Shown here: one piece after another, positions 39,131 to 53,138 of the stretch
How the letters are laid out: each line of letters begins with the position of its first letter
Numbering within the stretch: position 1 is the stretch's first letter
Source of the DNA: Callorhinchus milii
Lineage: Eukaryota
Reading direction: 5' to 3'
Assembly: GCF_018977255.1 (NCBI RefSeq)
Contig: NW_024704742.1
Coordinates: 6,388,001 to 6,452,000 of the forward strand
Length of the DNA: 64,000 nt
The notes under the pieces: generated by a model
The model's database searches: none
The model's input: the letters and a program-made list of their open reading frames with translations, nothing else
What the model was told of the DNA's origin: nothing
Position numbers and translations under genes: made by a program

Positions 39131-39850
39131 GGGTGCAGCTCCAAGGCCACTGGCTGTCCTGCCGAAGTGTCCCATGGTTCATGTGTGAGGCTTGGCAGAG
39201 TGGCAGCAGACTGCTCCACAATAGAGCACGTCACAGTCAAGCCTCAGCCGGTTGTCACAACAACAACAAGATTCCATTTATAGAGCGCCTTTCACGTCGG
39301 GAGGACATCCCAAGGAGCTGTACAGTTGGATCAGGACCCGAGCATTGGGGGGAAATGGTCAGGGTGAGGGGAGGGAAGGGAGGGAGCGAGGAGGGGGTAG
39401 AGCGTCGAGAGGGGAGCTGAAGGCTCGGTCAAAGAGAAAGGTCTTGAGACCACCGGCCTTGAAGGAGGAAAGGGAGGAGGCGGCGAAGGCATTGGGGGAT
39501 GGAGTTCCAGAGCCTCGGGGCTGAGAGGCTGAAGGCCCGGCCACCGATGGTAGGGTGGTTGGGGCGGGGGACGTGGAGCAGACCGGAGCCAGAAGAACAG
39601 AGGGTTCGGGCAGGTAGGTAGGGGGATAGTAGGTCGGAGAGGTAGGAGGGAGCAAGGCACATGACCGTCAGAGAGTGCCGAAGAGGGAGCAGGACAAGTA
39701 AACCCATCTTATTTTAACTTCCCTAATCCTGGGGAGGCTGGGCTCAGTCTAGCTGCCCACTCCCAAATTTAGAACAACAAACTGGGCACAGACTAGGATT
39801 CTAATTAGAGAGCTGCAGCTATATCCATCGCACTGACTCTGAACATTATA
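39130..39850 (-). mobile_element. Ancient SINE (AmnSINE2/UCON3-like by recall) split by an L2
   Basis: Reverse complements of 39130-39245 and 39690-39850 are colinear with 56240-56590. Confidence 0.5.
39247..39675 (-). mobile_element. L2 3' fragment, relatively young
   Basis: APSYLSDLLSPYLPARTLCSS..GGRAFSLSAPRLWNSIP; retained CpGs; (GTT)n tail. Confidence 0.92.
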
Positions 39851-40034
39851 CGTATTGCTTTAGCATCGACGTTGAATCATTGACCACAACCACTGCATTT
39901 TAATCCTCAACAGTCCCTTGCATTTGATTTTAGTACCTTATTACGTCAAGATATCTCAATGCTGAGTGATTTTTTTTTCCTGTAAACGTGTAGTGACTAT
40001 TCGTAGGCAAGCTCGGCAGTTATGCTTCATGTAC

Positions 40035-40370
40035 AATACAAAATGACATTCGTATAGTGCCTTTCACATCGGGAAGACGTCCAAGGTGCTGGACCAGTTC
40101 GGGATTTGGACCCGAGCAGAGAGGTTGGGATCGGGGCCAGCGGAGGGCAGGGAGGGTAGAAGGGTGGCTGAAGGCACAGTCGAAGAGGAGACGTGCCTTA
40201 AAGAGGGAGGGATTGTGGGATGGAGTTCCAAAGGGTGGGGACAGAGAGGCTGACAGTGGGGCAGGCCAGGTGGGGCATGTGGAGCAGCTGAGCAGTGGGA
40301 AGAGGACAGGTTGATTATGGGGTTAGCAGGTCACAGAGGTAAAAAGGATCAAGGCCGTGGAGGACTCCAT
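40035..40370 (-). mobile_element. L2 3' fragment
   Basis: Similar to 39270-39660. Confidence 0.75.
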
Positions 40371-40540
40371 TATTTTTCAAATTGTGCCATAGGATCTTTA
40401 GCATCATCTGAACAGACAGACAGGACCTCGTTTTGACCGTTCATTCATTGAACATCTCAAAATCCCAAATGTGCAGCTTGAACTCACAACCTTCTGACTG
40501 AGACGCGAGAGAAAGTGTTACCAACTGAACCAGGCTGACG
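40371..40540 (-). mobile_element. Older Deu-SINE 5' part
   Basis: Reverse complement head and core start. Confidence 0.65.
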
Positions 40541-42164
40541 CGTCAAAGCAAGTTGCTGCACATTATTAAACAGATAGCAAGTATACCTAAAAGATAACCA
40601 CTGATAGTCAAGATAATTTATCTCAACACATCACTAAGCCAGGTCTTTAGTTCCCAAGCAGTGTACCATTACGCCAGAGGATGGTTGTGTACATGGGAAT
40701 GCCTGGGAACCATGCACACACATTATTAGAGCCAATAATGAAAACAAACCAATTTCCTTGGAAAATATTTTAAAAATATGAAACTCTCGTTGCTGTTGGT
40801 TACCGTAACTTTTGAGAATCTGAAATGGACTCACTCGACCCAAACCCTTGTGAGTGAGTAAAGGCCCAGACATTCTCTTTCACCTCTCCTTCGTGTCTCT
40901 TTTGCCGGTCTGAGCTCAGCATTTCCCTTCTTCGCTTGCTTCCTTCTTGCTCTCGATACTCTTAATTGTACTCAGGTAGTGCAACTGGGAACGATTCTAA
41001 CTGCAATGGTGCACAATGGAAACATATGGATTCAGCAGAGTGACAAATAAGTTCAGGAAAGTACAAAGCATCTGCCCAGAGAAGTAACAGTTCATTAATG
41101 GATTGCTCCCAGACGTGTAAAGCTGATTAAGATCCCTGTTATATACCAGTGAGTTGTGAGGAGTGCTGTAGCTCTGGTGCTGTAGGGAGACCCCAGGGGC
41201 ACTGCATTGTGTTCTTTGTTGCTCTGTGTAATACTTTTTCTCTCATCAGAACATGTCCAGAGCTTTAACAACCGAAGAAAATCATCAGTGATCCAGCTCG
41301 ATATTGCTCTCACAACACCATTACAATGTAAAAATAAACCTTGTGGTTGATATAGCGCTTTTCACGTCTTCGAGACGTCTCAAAGCGCTTCACAGAAAAT
41401 ACCGTAAAGTGAATTAATTGTATATTTGTGGGCGAAACGCAGCAGCCAATATCTCAAGAGTACGACAACAACTTGCATTTATACGGCCCCCTTCATGTGG
41501 GGTAGCTTCCCGGAGCACTTCACAGTGGTGGAGTCTGACCCCGAGCCAGGGGTAGAGGGAGGTTACCGCGAGCACGATCAAAATGGAAGGTCTTTATCCG
41601 GGATTGGAAAGTGGGCAAGGCGGAGGAATTGAGGGAGAGAGAGAGAAAGAGAGAAGAACACCCCCCACTGCGCAAAATAACTTTAATTCAAGCAAACCAG
41701 CAGTAAAGTATATTATTTCTTCAAGGCTTCTGTTCTGGCAAGAGTTCTTTCCTATAACTTTATAGGATTAAAATTAAATCCGGTGATTTTTTCTGGAGCA
41801 AATTCATGCTACGAAGATTGACAAGAATGTCGTGTTGACTATGTAATGTCACAGTGGAAATGAACAAATGAACAAAATACCCGTAGCCGATAATGGCGTA
41901 CCTATCTATAAATCGCCCCGATGAAAGCATATAATCATAAGTATTCATCTAATTCCCTTTTAAATGAAATTACAGATTTAAGTTCAGCACACACTGCGGT
42001 TAGATATCCACAATATATTACCCCTCTGTGTAAAAAATTATTTTCACTTTTTTTCCTTATGATGATGATTTCCTTTAACCCGGTTGGTATAATAGTGAGC
42101 AGCACTAATAATAACCATTGTTATTAATACTAATAATTTTTACAGCGTGGGAATAATAATAATT

Positions 42165-42416
42165 TTTAGGGTGATGAATGTATGGAACTCACTATCCCAA
42201 AGGGCTGTTGACGCTCAGTCCTTGAACATATTCAAGACTGAGATAGATTTCTTATTGCAAAAGGTATTAAGGGATATGGAGATAAGGCAGGGTTAGGTTA
42301 TTAGCTGGAGTTAGATTAGAAGATCAGCCATGATTGAATGGTGGGGCAGGCTCGAAGGGCCGAATGGCCTACTCCTGCTCCTACATGTTATGTTATGTTT
42401 TATGTTATGTTATGTT
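42165..42416 (+). mobile_element. CR1 3' end with (TTATG)n tail
   Basis: RVMNVWNSLSQRAV remnant; GGCTCGAAGGGCCGAATGGCCTACTCCTGCTCCT terminus. Confidence 0.88.
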
Positions 42417-42920
42417 AAAGTGGTCATATATCTGTCATCATAATCTGTGCTTTGCAAGCTCCCACGCTCGAGCTATCTACTCGAATCTTATTCACCAGCA
42501 TTTTTCCTGCACCCTTCAATACTGTTGTTAATAACAATAATAATAATAATAATCCTCACATTTTATATAGTGGCTTTCACATCAGGCGGATGTCTCAAAG
42601 CACTTCACACGATATATTGTAAAGTGTTGTGCAGTGATTGTGTATTTTGTGGGTAAACACGTCACATAGCAATGTTCCACAATGGCAGACTGTTCGAGCC
42701 AGACTGATACTGCACAACCACACACGCAGCCACACACGCAGCCACGCACGCACGCACAAACATGGTTTATTGATGCAGGGAGAAATCACAGCACCCTCCA
42801 GCGTTCCTAGCAAGGATGCTGCTGAGAATGATACCCCAGTGTTAGGTGAATGAGCGATGAGCAACAATTCGACAAGCTGGGGCTCCTCAGACTTGAGAGA
42901 AGCCAACTCAGATTTTTGTA

Positions 42921-43028
42921 CAACTCATAGAGGTGTACAACGTTTTATATGGGATTGACAAGGTAAACCCAGATCAAATCTTTAGGATGTATCAAAACAG
43001 TAGAACAAGAGGACATAGGTTTAGACTA
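42921..43028 (+). mobile_element. CR1 ORF2 C-terminal fragment
   Basis: QLIEVYNVLYGIDKVNPDQIFRMYQNSRTRGHRFRL. Confidence 0.75.
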
Positions 43029-44330
43029 CGCCATTGTTAAGGTCTGGTAAAATAATATGAGCTTGGCTTTGACAGATAATTGTGCTAAATGATATATAAC
43101 CTTCTGTGTAAAATAATTTCTTCTGACCTTTTTCTTCTCATGCCCTGAAGTTGCTCACTTGTTGATCAGAGAAAATAATCTTTCCCTGTTCTACTAGATT
43201 CATTCATAGTTTGGAAAACTTCTATAGATTCTCCCTAAAAAAAATGCACAAACGTGAAACATTGCAATAACTCCTATGACAGGCTTTGAGACATCCTCCT
43301 GACAGAGGCACCATATCAAATGTAAGTATTATTGTTATCATCATCATCCGTTATTATCATCATCCATTATTATATTAACATTTTATTATTTCATCGCAAA
43401 CATTCACAATTTTTCTCATCTCTCTACATAACTACATGCGTGTGAATTTCCGCAGTGCTCTCTCCTTGACTGTCATACCGGTTGGAAATAAAGTGGCCTT
43501 TTTTCCGGCTAAGCCTTAACAAATATGAAAATGGGATTGTTCGCTACATGAGTTGAATAAAGGATAGACAGTGTGCCAAACTGTTATTTAAACTCTGTTT
43601 TTAAGGTTCTGCCAATGGGTAGGAAGCTGTGGAATTTACACTCTGTTCTGGAATTTTAATCATTCTTTGAGTGACCAGCGTTAGAGTCCAGAATGGAGCA
43701 ATTTATTACAACAAAAAGAAACGTATTCTCAAGCCCTTCATTTGTATTTTATTTTTAAAAGCTAATTGCTTTCATAAAATATTAAAGAATCATTTATAAT
43801 GCTAGTCTTCACTATTAAGCATGACCAGATGTACCAGAAGTTCTCACAGTTATTGATAATTGGAGTGGGTCGATTTTGTGAGTTTCTTAACTTAGAAACT
43901 CAGATGTTCATCATGTTGACACATGGCAACGCTCCAATGTGATCTATTTTCAGACCCCAGAATCTGTGCACAATCAGTGATGTACTTCCTCATTCAGATT
44001 TCTTAAGAACAATACAATATAAGTTACATTTATATAGTTCCTTTCACATCGGGAGGATGTCTGAAAGTGCTCAACACTGTTGGCTGGGCCAACGATAAGA
44101 GCTATATCACGTCTCTGAGACACGTCAACTCACTTCACAGAAATTACTGTTAAGTGTAGTGACCGTGCAATTTGTAGACACAAATGCCGCATCCAATTCG
44201 AGCACAACAATGTCCCACAAACAACCATGGATTTTATTTTGGAGGATTGTTGATCTGGACACCAAGAGAAACTCCCTTCTCTTTTTCGCCAACAGACAAA
44301 ACCGAAAAAAAAAGTGTCTCAAGAGATGTA

Positions 44331-44696
44331 ATGATAATAATAATCCTTGCATTTGATATAGTGCCTTATCACATTTTGGAGACATTTCGAAGCGCTTCAC
44401 AGAATATACTGTAAAGTGAATTGACTGTATATTTTGTGGGCAAAACGAGGCAGCCAATTGCGCAGATCGTGTCTCACAAACAGTGGTGGATTGAGTAACC
44501 ACATTTTTTTTGAGAAGGATTATTATCCCTGGAAAAGCTATCCGCTAATCAACTAACAACTGGGTTCCTACTTACTGCGAGGTAAACAGAGGCGTGTGGA
44601 GTAAGGAAGCTTGCCCAACGTTTCGCCCTGCCGGGAATTGAACCCAGGTCTCTCGCTTGCGAGGCGAGTGCTCTAACCAATGAGCTACAGGACTCC
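44331..44696 (-). mobile_element. Full-length young SINE, long variant
   Basis: Reverse complement of the 38725-39127 type. Confidence 0.92.
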
Positions 44697-44984
44697 ACGT
44701 ACTGTACTTTGGAGGCACAGGTTTTACAGGGAAAAAATGGTGTGTTTGATTTTGGAAAGTCTGACAAGGGTGCTGGTAGCAATCTCAGCCTAGAAGGAGA
44801 GGAAAACAATCCTATTGCATAACATGGAATTTGCTGATCAGCTCCTAGAAGGTCATGATCCAGCTCTGCTCTGGTGGACAGCTTGCCAATATCAACGCTG
44901 CCCTTTGTATAATGAATGTATTTGGCATGATCTGCCTCCCCCACAAGCCCGCACTGGTGTGGAATTACACCATTTACATCTCTC

Positions 44985-45125
44985 GAATGTTCTTGAATTT
45001 ATAATGGCCTCCGATATTTTTCCTAATGCGGATGTTGAGGTAACAGGCCTATAATTCCCAGGATTATGCTTCAGCATTTCTTTTATAGAATAAAACATCA
45101 TCCATTTTCTCATCTTCGGTAGCAC
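44985..45125 (-). mobile_element. CR1 RT N-terminal fragment
   Basis: NPGNYRPVTSTSALGKISEAII, resembling CR1 PGNYRPVSLTSVVGKLLE. Confidence 0.7.
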
Positions 45126-46609
45126 TCTGAATTTAACCTCATTAAAATGAGTTAATGGGGATATATGTGTCGCAGTTTATAACAGATGCAAAGACGTTGA
45201 ATCTGATGCTAATACACCTACAAAGTACACAGTCACTGGACATCACAGCAAATTCATTTACAAAACAACTTGATGCTGTGATGGGGCAACGGTAAGGTGG
45301 GTGTTCTGGAAGGATGAGATCAGGTGGGCGGAAAGGCCGTCTTCATCGAAACCAATCTTGTGAGCTTGTGAAACCTGTGACATGTTTTGAGGCATCCTCC
45401 AGACATGAAAGGGGCATTATCGAGTGCAAGATCAGTATTAATATAATAATTATCACTTTGGATCTGGCGATCATAATAAACCCACTGAAGTGGAAAAATT
45501 CCAGTGTAACATTTGTAGAGTTAATGACAAAATTGTGAGATTAAAATATCTTAACTAAGGGGCAAAAAATACAAAATGACTGATCGAAGGCTGACTTATG
45601 GACTAGCGTCACTTTACTCTGTGCATTCTATTGTTATAAAGTGATATAAAGGGTTATGAATATGAAAGAATGGTACTGTTGCTTCTCACTCTGATAATCC
45701 ATAAGAAGCCACTTTTAAGGAAAGTTGCTTCAAACAAAGATAAGATCTTCAAGAGAACCTCCTCTTAAAGAGTTCCCACCACCACCACACTCTCAAGACA
45801 CTCTAGGGGTGAGCAATAATTGTTTGCCTTGTCAGCATGTCTGCATCTTAAGATGGAGTAAAGAAAACCAAGCGACCGTTGTCTACAAATACTGATATAA
45901 GTCGGTGTATTGCAGAGGTCAGCAGAATGGCAGCTCATTGAAAAGACTCGAAGAGGGCCTAGAAGTGGTTCTCAGATAAACGGAAAGATTTCTGAAGCGT
46001 TACTGTTGGTGTAGGCTGTAGTTGGCACAATGCTTGTACTTTACAGTACCTTTGAAGAATTAGGTTACATGGCAGCCAAGAGATAGTTGCGGCATATTTG
46101 AAAGAGATTTGAAAGCCCTTGGATGAGATTTTAATAGGACGCTTATATAAAAAAAATCCACTCTAGTTGAAGGAAACAGCGTAAACCAGTTGAGCGGTTA
46201 CAGAGGTTTGCATGTGAACCTTTATCTGAAAATAATATTCTTCTTAATTAATGTGAAATCGCATTTGTGGAACCACAATTGCATTCTTCCACTCCCTCAT
46301 GCTATGTTCAGTGTTATCTGCACTCAAGTTGGTTTTATGTTGATTTATTCATTCCAAGTATTGATACAGTATTACCTCTGACCAACAAAGAGATAATCAT
46401 TTCCCATCTGAAGGACACAGCTTTTTAACTGTGGTAAACCAGCTCTTCAAGATAAAGTATAGAAAACAACCACAAAAACTAATCAAAATCTCCACAGCCT
46501 TTATTCTGTTTAATAGAATACGCAGCCCAGCTCAGAAGTCTAGGCAGCAGTGTCTAGCACTTTAAGACATCCTCTCAAATAGAAAGTCAGCCTTCAAACT
46601 TAAACTTTC

Positions 46610-46733
46610 TCCCACAAAATAAACAGTCAATTCACTTTACAGTATATTCTGTGAAGCACTTTGAGACGTCTCGAAAATGTGATAAGGAGCCATATCAAAT
46701 GCAAGGATTATTATTATTATTATTATTATTATT
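46610..46733 (+). mobile_element. ~120 bp 3' fragment of long-variant SINE
   Basis: CCCACAAAA..GAGACGTCTCGAAAATGTGATAAGG..(TTA)n. Confidence 0.88.
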
Positions 46734-47039
46734 GGAGTCCTGTAGCTCAGTGGTTAGAGCACTCGCTTTGCAAGCGAGAGACCTGAGTTCAATTCCAGGC
46801 ACAGGGCGAAACCTCGGGCAAGTTTCCTTACTCCACACAGAGCCAAATAATAATCCCTCCAAAACCCAAAACAATAATAAATTGGTCATTTTCAATCCAC
46901 GACTGTTTGTGGGACATTGCTGTGCGCAATTGGCTGCCGCGTTCGCCCACAAATATACAGTCAATTCACTTTACAGTGTGTTCTGTGAAGCGCTTTGGGA
47001 TGTCCTCCCGACGTGAAAAGCGCTATATCAAATGCAAGG

Positions 47040-47076
<37 letters not shown>
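46734..47076 (+). mobile_element. Full-length young SINE, short variant
   Basis: Near-identical to 1696-2020. Confidence 0.95.
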
Positions 47077-47789
47077 GTGTCCCTCATAACAGGATCCTCA
47101 AGATTCATCTTTGCCTAGCTCCACTGGCCGCCAGTACCCCATGGATTGACTCAAAGATCCTGAGATCGGAAGATCCCAGGGAACGTACAGATGAAGAAGG
47201 ACATTTGAACTGACCCTGCTATCTTCCCATTACAGCATCACAATCCTTGTCTTGATCTTCAAATTTTTCCATGATCTCACCCCTTCCCTAACGGGGCAAT
47301 TTCTTCTAGTTCTACTCCACGTTCTTTGCCCCCTGCTCTCCTCAATCTGGTCTGTTGCTTATTTATCACCTCCTCCTATCTCACCATTGGTGGCTGAGCC
47401 TTCAGCCACAACATCCTATCCTCTGAAATTTTCTTCCAAACTCTATTCCTTTTGCTTCCTCTCTCCTTGATTTCAAAACCTTCTTAAACACAACATATTT
47501 ATTTTTATTAACCATGATTTTGGTTAATATCTTTAGATTCTACTTACTTTCTCCTCGGTGTGGGCTCCCCGTCGCAATCTGTTCAGAAGGAATATCAAAT
47601 GCAAGGATTATTATGAATGCTTCAAGATGCTTCTGCTGGTGAAAACTGGTATATAAGTGCAAGTTATTGTTGCAGAAAATGAATGAGAAGCTTCAGTGGC
47701 ATCATACAATACAATTTATCTTTATGTAAGCCTTTCTATTCGAGAGCATGTCTAGCTCCTGACTAGCTCCTAAGCTGGGCTGTGCCCAT

Positions 47790-48257
47790 GTCCTCTCTGT
47801 ACCCTTATTACCCCATCCTTGCCCAGCTCCACTGGCTCCCTATCACTCAGAGGATCCTGGTCCTCACCTCAAAGCCCTCCATGGCCTTGCTCTTCCCTAT
47901 CTCTGTGACCTCCTAACCCGCTACCAACCTATCCGCTGCCTCTGCTCAGCGGGCTCCAGCCTGCTTCACATCCCTGCCTTGCCCACCCCACCATTGATGG
48001 GTGGGTCTTCAGCCTCTCTGGAATTCCATCCCACAGTCCCTCCATCTCGCCCCCTTCCTTGCCTCCTTCAAAACTCATTTCAAGCTCCTCCTCTTCGCCG
48101 TGCCTTTGGTCATCCTCCTACCTCTACCCTCCCATCTCTCCACCTCTCCCTGATCCCAACCACCAACTCGGTTGCAGATCCCTGACTGTCCAGCACCTTG
48201 GGACATCCTCCTGACGTGAAAGGCACTATGCAAATGTAATTTGTTACTGTTGTTATT
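47790..48257 (+). mobile_element. L2 3' fragment
   Basis: CTCCACTGGCTCCC motif, similarity to 4070-4490. Confidence 0.82.
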
Positions 48258-50059
48258 AAACAGTAGCTTTTAAATACTTGTCTCAACATTTGTACATTGG
48301 AAGCTATTTAGCATCATAAAGCATTTTTTTTCCCACAGAGTTTGGTGTTGAGTTGTTAGAGATTTAATACATTGTAATACATCTATAAGGAGTTCTATTA
48401 GTTTTGAGAAAAGTTGCTTGACTCCTTTTACGTGTTAGAGATATGATGGAGTCTTGAGATATCAACTCTACAGCGAGTTTTTGTTAATGTATCTCATAAG
48501 CTTTTACAGAAAAACGTCTCATCACAAACCAAATGGTCAGCTAAATTCCAATAAACTAAACTTAACTGCAGTTGATTGAGAGATAAAACGTTATGATTTT
48601 TATCTGTAAGGGATCAAAGCCAAGGAACAATGTTTGAAACCAATAAACAGGAGAAAGCACAAATCTCTGGCATTACTGAAAGATAATTCTGGGCTTTGAT
48701 ATGTGCGTGTGCGTGAGGGTGAAATGTTCTGCGAAGCCTAAAAATGAGCCTTCTTTTTATTTTGTTGATCAATCTCTGCATTTCATGCATAACTCAGTAA
48801 CATAAGCTGTGAGTTTGTGGTCGGGTGATATTTATTTTTCTATCAGAAACAAATGCATCATCGTACATTTCTCATACTTTAGCTCTGAGATCGGTCCATT
48901 GTGAAGGATTGTTGACAGCTGAGCTGCTAACACCAGATGAAAACTTTCTCTGCCTGACAGTTCTGGATGAAAGCCCAAAGCTTTTTATTTAAAAATTTAC
49001 CAGAAAGAGTCAGCCAATTTTGCTCCTCTCTTTCCCTCTTTCTCTCTCACCACTACCATTCCTTGAACAACAGAACAGAGGGAGGGGAGCGAGGGTTTGT
49101 TGAACAAGTTGTACATTTACTGGAGTAAGAGTACTGCACAATTATAGGCCGACAGACATAGAGCGTTAGACCAGAAATGCACATTCACTTGTTCTATTCT
49201 CAATTGCTTAACAATATTGGCTGGTCCCCAGAGCTAGGGTGGGAGTGGAAGCCAAGGGGCGTGGGGAGGAGAAACAGGTTGATCTTGAGATGGACTTTGA
49301 ACAAGGTGAGGTAAGAGCGAGTTGGAGGAACTCTGAGATAGAGTTCCAGGCAGTAGGTGAAGACTGGCAATTATAGTTTAGTAATCATCCATCAAGCTGT
49401 CTCTGAATAGACAGCGCTTAAAGACAGAATCACATGTCCCTGCATTTCGAGAAGGCAAGCGAACAGCTTTGTGTTCCTTACTTTCCCGATTCCTCCTGTT
49501 CAATTCTTTGCTCATGAACCAAAGCAAAAACAAGAGAGAATCTGGAAGCCCAGCATCATACGGAATTAGTGGTTCATCATTGCTTCAAATCATGTTTAGA
49601 GCAAAGCTAGGTATATTACATTCCAGAGGATGAGGTTAACCACAGGACTACTTGAAAATATGGAACCCATCACTAGAGCAGTTCCAGTCATACTCTGTGG
49701 TGCAACAGATTTCAGCGTTGGCATTCCTTCACTTCGTTTTCGTTCCAAATTGTTTGACAGCCTTTAGCGAGCATTTTGTTCAGCAATCTGCCAGTCCATC
49801 CATAAAAGACTCTCAGGGTTATTTTTCTATCAGATGCAAAAATGTGCGTGAATGGCAGTTACTTAAAGACCTTCCTTTTTGATCATGTTTATGGTCACCT
49901 CTGCCCTCCCTCTCGCCTTGGCTCATTGTCACACTCCGCTACTGTGAAGCGCTCTGGAATGCTACGCTGCATGAAGTGCAATAAATGCTCTTGTTTGTTT
50001 GGTTCTGGATATTGCTTTTCTTTTTAATCCTTTTTGGGGGATGCCAGACTGTACTTGTG

Positions 50060-50485
50060 TCAGCCTGATTCAACTGCCATCACTCTCACCTCTGAGTCAG
50101 AAGCTTGAGGGTTCAAGTCCCTCGTCTTTGCTGACTATCTTTTCACATAAAAGACTGCAAAGAGTTGCCATCTTTCAAGATGAGATGTTAAACCTGTCTG
50201 TGTCTGTTCAGGTGGACATTAAAGATCCCGTAACGCTGTTCAAAAAGAGAAGTGGGTTTCTCCCAGTGTCCTGGCCGATCAGTCCCACAGATAAAAATGA
50301 GTCGTTCATTTCATGGCTGTTTGTGGGATATTCGTCGCTGCGTGAAAATTGGCGGCTCTATTCACCTGCAAAATACAGACTCACTACAATTCATAGTAAG
50401 ATTCTATCAAGCACTTTAAGGCATCCTCCAGATAGGAAAGACATCCTCCTGATAACGAATGCAAGGGTTATTATTAATATTATTT
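50060..50485 (+). mobile_element. Older Deu-SINE
   Basis: Head, core and tail motifs. Confidence 0.78.
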
Positions 50486-51086
50486 GTTATGTTTTCCACT
50501 CCTGTTTGTATTATTCTCCCCAGTTAATAGTTTATTTGTTTCACTGTTGAAAATGAAGCTGCAAGGGGAAATGTAGTGTGTGATGGTGATGATCGATTCA
50601 CCACAACGGATTTTGTCCCTTTTTTGGATAAAACGAGGCAGTGAAGGACATGCGTTTCAAGCCACCGAATGGTCTTTCCAAAGCTTGACTTTTCTTATGT
50701 TTTCATGACTGGATCATTGCCAATTTTGTGCCTTATTGATTCAATAAATAACAGAGAGCTTCCTGTCACTGTTCTTGTTGCCTTTTTAGATGTCAAGCTG
50801 TAAACATGATCAAACGAGGAGAGTAACTGCTTGAAATGAAGTTGTGAAACTTGGTGCAGTGGAGAATTACAACAGCATTGTCTGGGCAGCTGTCTGAGCC
50901 GGGAAATCCCTCCAACAAAACTACCCAAAATACCAAAGGTTTACCAGACACAATTACTGTACTCATGGTTCTTTGTTAAAAGAAAGAGCTGGAAGGAAAG
51001 AGGAAGACCTCCACTATTTATCAATGCTACAAGGCGGTTTTCAAACTGAGGTACAGAGATTAAAATCAAAAATAGATAACAAAGGT

Positions 51087-51463
51087 GGAGTCCTATATCT
51101 CAGTGGTTAGAGCACTCGCCTCGCAAGCGAGAGGTCTGGGTTGGATTCCCAGCAGGGCGAAACGTTGGGCAAGTTCCCTTACTCCACGTACCTCTGTTTA
51201 CCCAGCAGTAAGGAGGAACCCGGTTGTTAGTCGATTGGCGGATCGCTTTTCCGGGGGTAATAATTCCTTCAAAAAACTAATAATAATAAATTGGTCACTT
51301 CAATCCATGACTGTTTGTGGGACGCTGCTGCATGCAATTGGCTGTCGCGTTTCGCCCACAAAATATACATTCAATTCACTTTACAGTATATTCTGTGAAT
51401 TACTTGAAGGCGTCTCGAAGATGTGATAAGGGGCTATATCAAATGCAAGGATTATTATTATTA
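51087..51463 (+). mobile_element. Full-length young SINE, long variant
   Basis: Head with CGC loop, long block, tail. Confidence 0.93.
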
Positions 51464-51469
51464 CATTTA

Positions 51470-51645
51470 CATTCACAAGATCACAAGATTAGTTTGGATA
51501 AAGAAGGCCCTTCAGCACATCCAATTTCATCCCTCCAGAACTTCCACCTTACAGTTCCCCATCACAGCATCAAGTTGTTTTGTAAATGAATCCTGGCCAC
51601 TACCGCCTTTCATGGCAAGCTGTTTTTAAATCATTGATTGCCCTC
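51470..51645 (-). mobile_element. CR1 3' end, (TCTTGTGA)n-tail family
   Basis: Match to 15668-15835. Confidence 0.75.
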
Positions 51646-52301
51646 TAAAGGGTGTGGGATATCAACATCTCTCTGTACTGGCGTTTTTCACTATTAGAGA
51701 ATCTTTCCATCGCTGCAGCCTTGATAGCACAATGAGAAATACTGCTTATATCATGGTGAAGTAACAAAAAAACACTAATGTGCTTAAAATAGATCTTAGA
51801 CGTGAAAAGCGCTATATCAAATGCAAGGATTATTATTATTATTATTATTATTATTATAAATTGCCCAGCACATCACCAAAACCTAAAAAAAAAGGAGGTA
51901 CCAAAATATGCATTTACTTCTTCGAATGTTTTAAGAAAGGATTCCAACTTTGTGCATTAGCTTTGTGGAAACGGGTCACTGGAAAATGCAAGTTTTAACT
52001 TTAATTGAACTATTTTGGCATTTCAAACCATATACCATATTAAAATAATAATAATAATAATCCTTGCACTTAAATAGAGCCTTATCATATTGTAGAGACA
52101 TCACAAAGCACTACACAGGATATGCTGTAAATGAGTGTGACTCTGGATTTTGTGGGAGAACGTGATAGCCAATTTGTACACAGAAATGTCCCACCAACAG
52201 CCATGTCTGCGTGAACAATTTTATTTTGGGGATTGTTGACGAGAAACTGCATTCACTTTTCGATTGGGATATTTAATGTTCATTTGGACATGAAGACAGG
52301 A

Positions 52302-52589
52302 TGGGGTGAAACCTTAGGCAAGTTTCTTTACTCCACACGCCTCTATGTACCCAGTAGTAAGTAGGAACCCGGTTGTTAGTCGATTGGCGGATCGCTTTGC
52401 CGGGCGTAAAAATACCAATTTGGTCACTCAATCCACGACTGTTTGTGGGACATTGCTGTGCGCAATTGGCCATAATTCACCCACAAAATATACTGTCAAT
52501 TCTCTTTACAGTCTATTCTGTGAAGCGCTTTGAGATGTTTCAATGACGTGATAAGGCACTATATCAAATGCAAGGATTATTATTATTAT
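52302..52589 (+). mobile_element. Long-variant SINE lacking tRNA head
   Basis: Begins at GGGTGAAACCTTAGGCAAG. Confidence 0.88.
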
Positions 52590-53138
52590 GCATGGTCACA
52601 TGCACCATTTCATTCTTTGTCTATTGATCTAAGTTGAAGTTGGAAAACAAAGGCCAGTTAGATGTTACCAAGGATCTTTGATCATTCAGGTGCTGTTCAC
52701 CTTCTTAAAATTGAGTTGCAATTGCCATTTAAGCCACAATACAACAAAAAACAACTTGCATTTATATAGCGCTTTTCATACAACGTAACATCTTGGAGTG
52801 TTTCACAGTGTCTGGGCAGGACATATAATATCATACTTTATGGTACCGTATAAAGTGGAGAAATTTCAACGTCTAGATTGACTCTGTTTTCTTAGCATTT
52901 CAGACCATGCAAAACTTGGCAAATTGTTGAATTCAGCCTTAACTTTCAAGTTTGCTTTCTGCAGTTAATAAAAAGTATTTACAGAAAACCAGTTTCAAAT
53001 TTTAAGCCTGTATTTATGAATTTTACAATTCTAGACACACTGAACTACTACATAAATAGTGTATATCTAGACCCAGGTGGAATTTCTAACCCAGAGGATC
53101 AATTGCACAACATTGCTCCAAAATTCCACCTAATTGTA

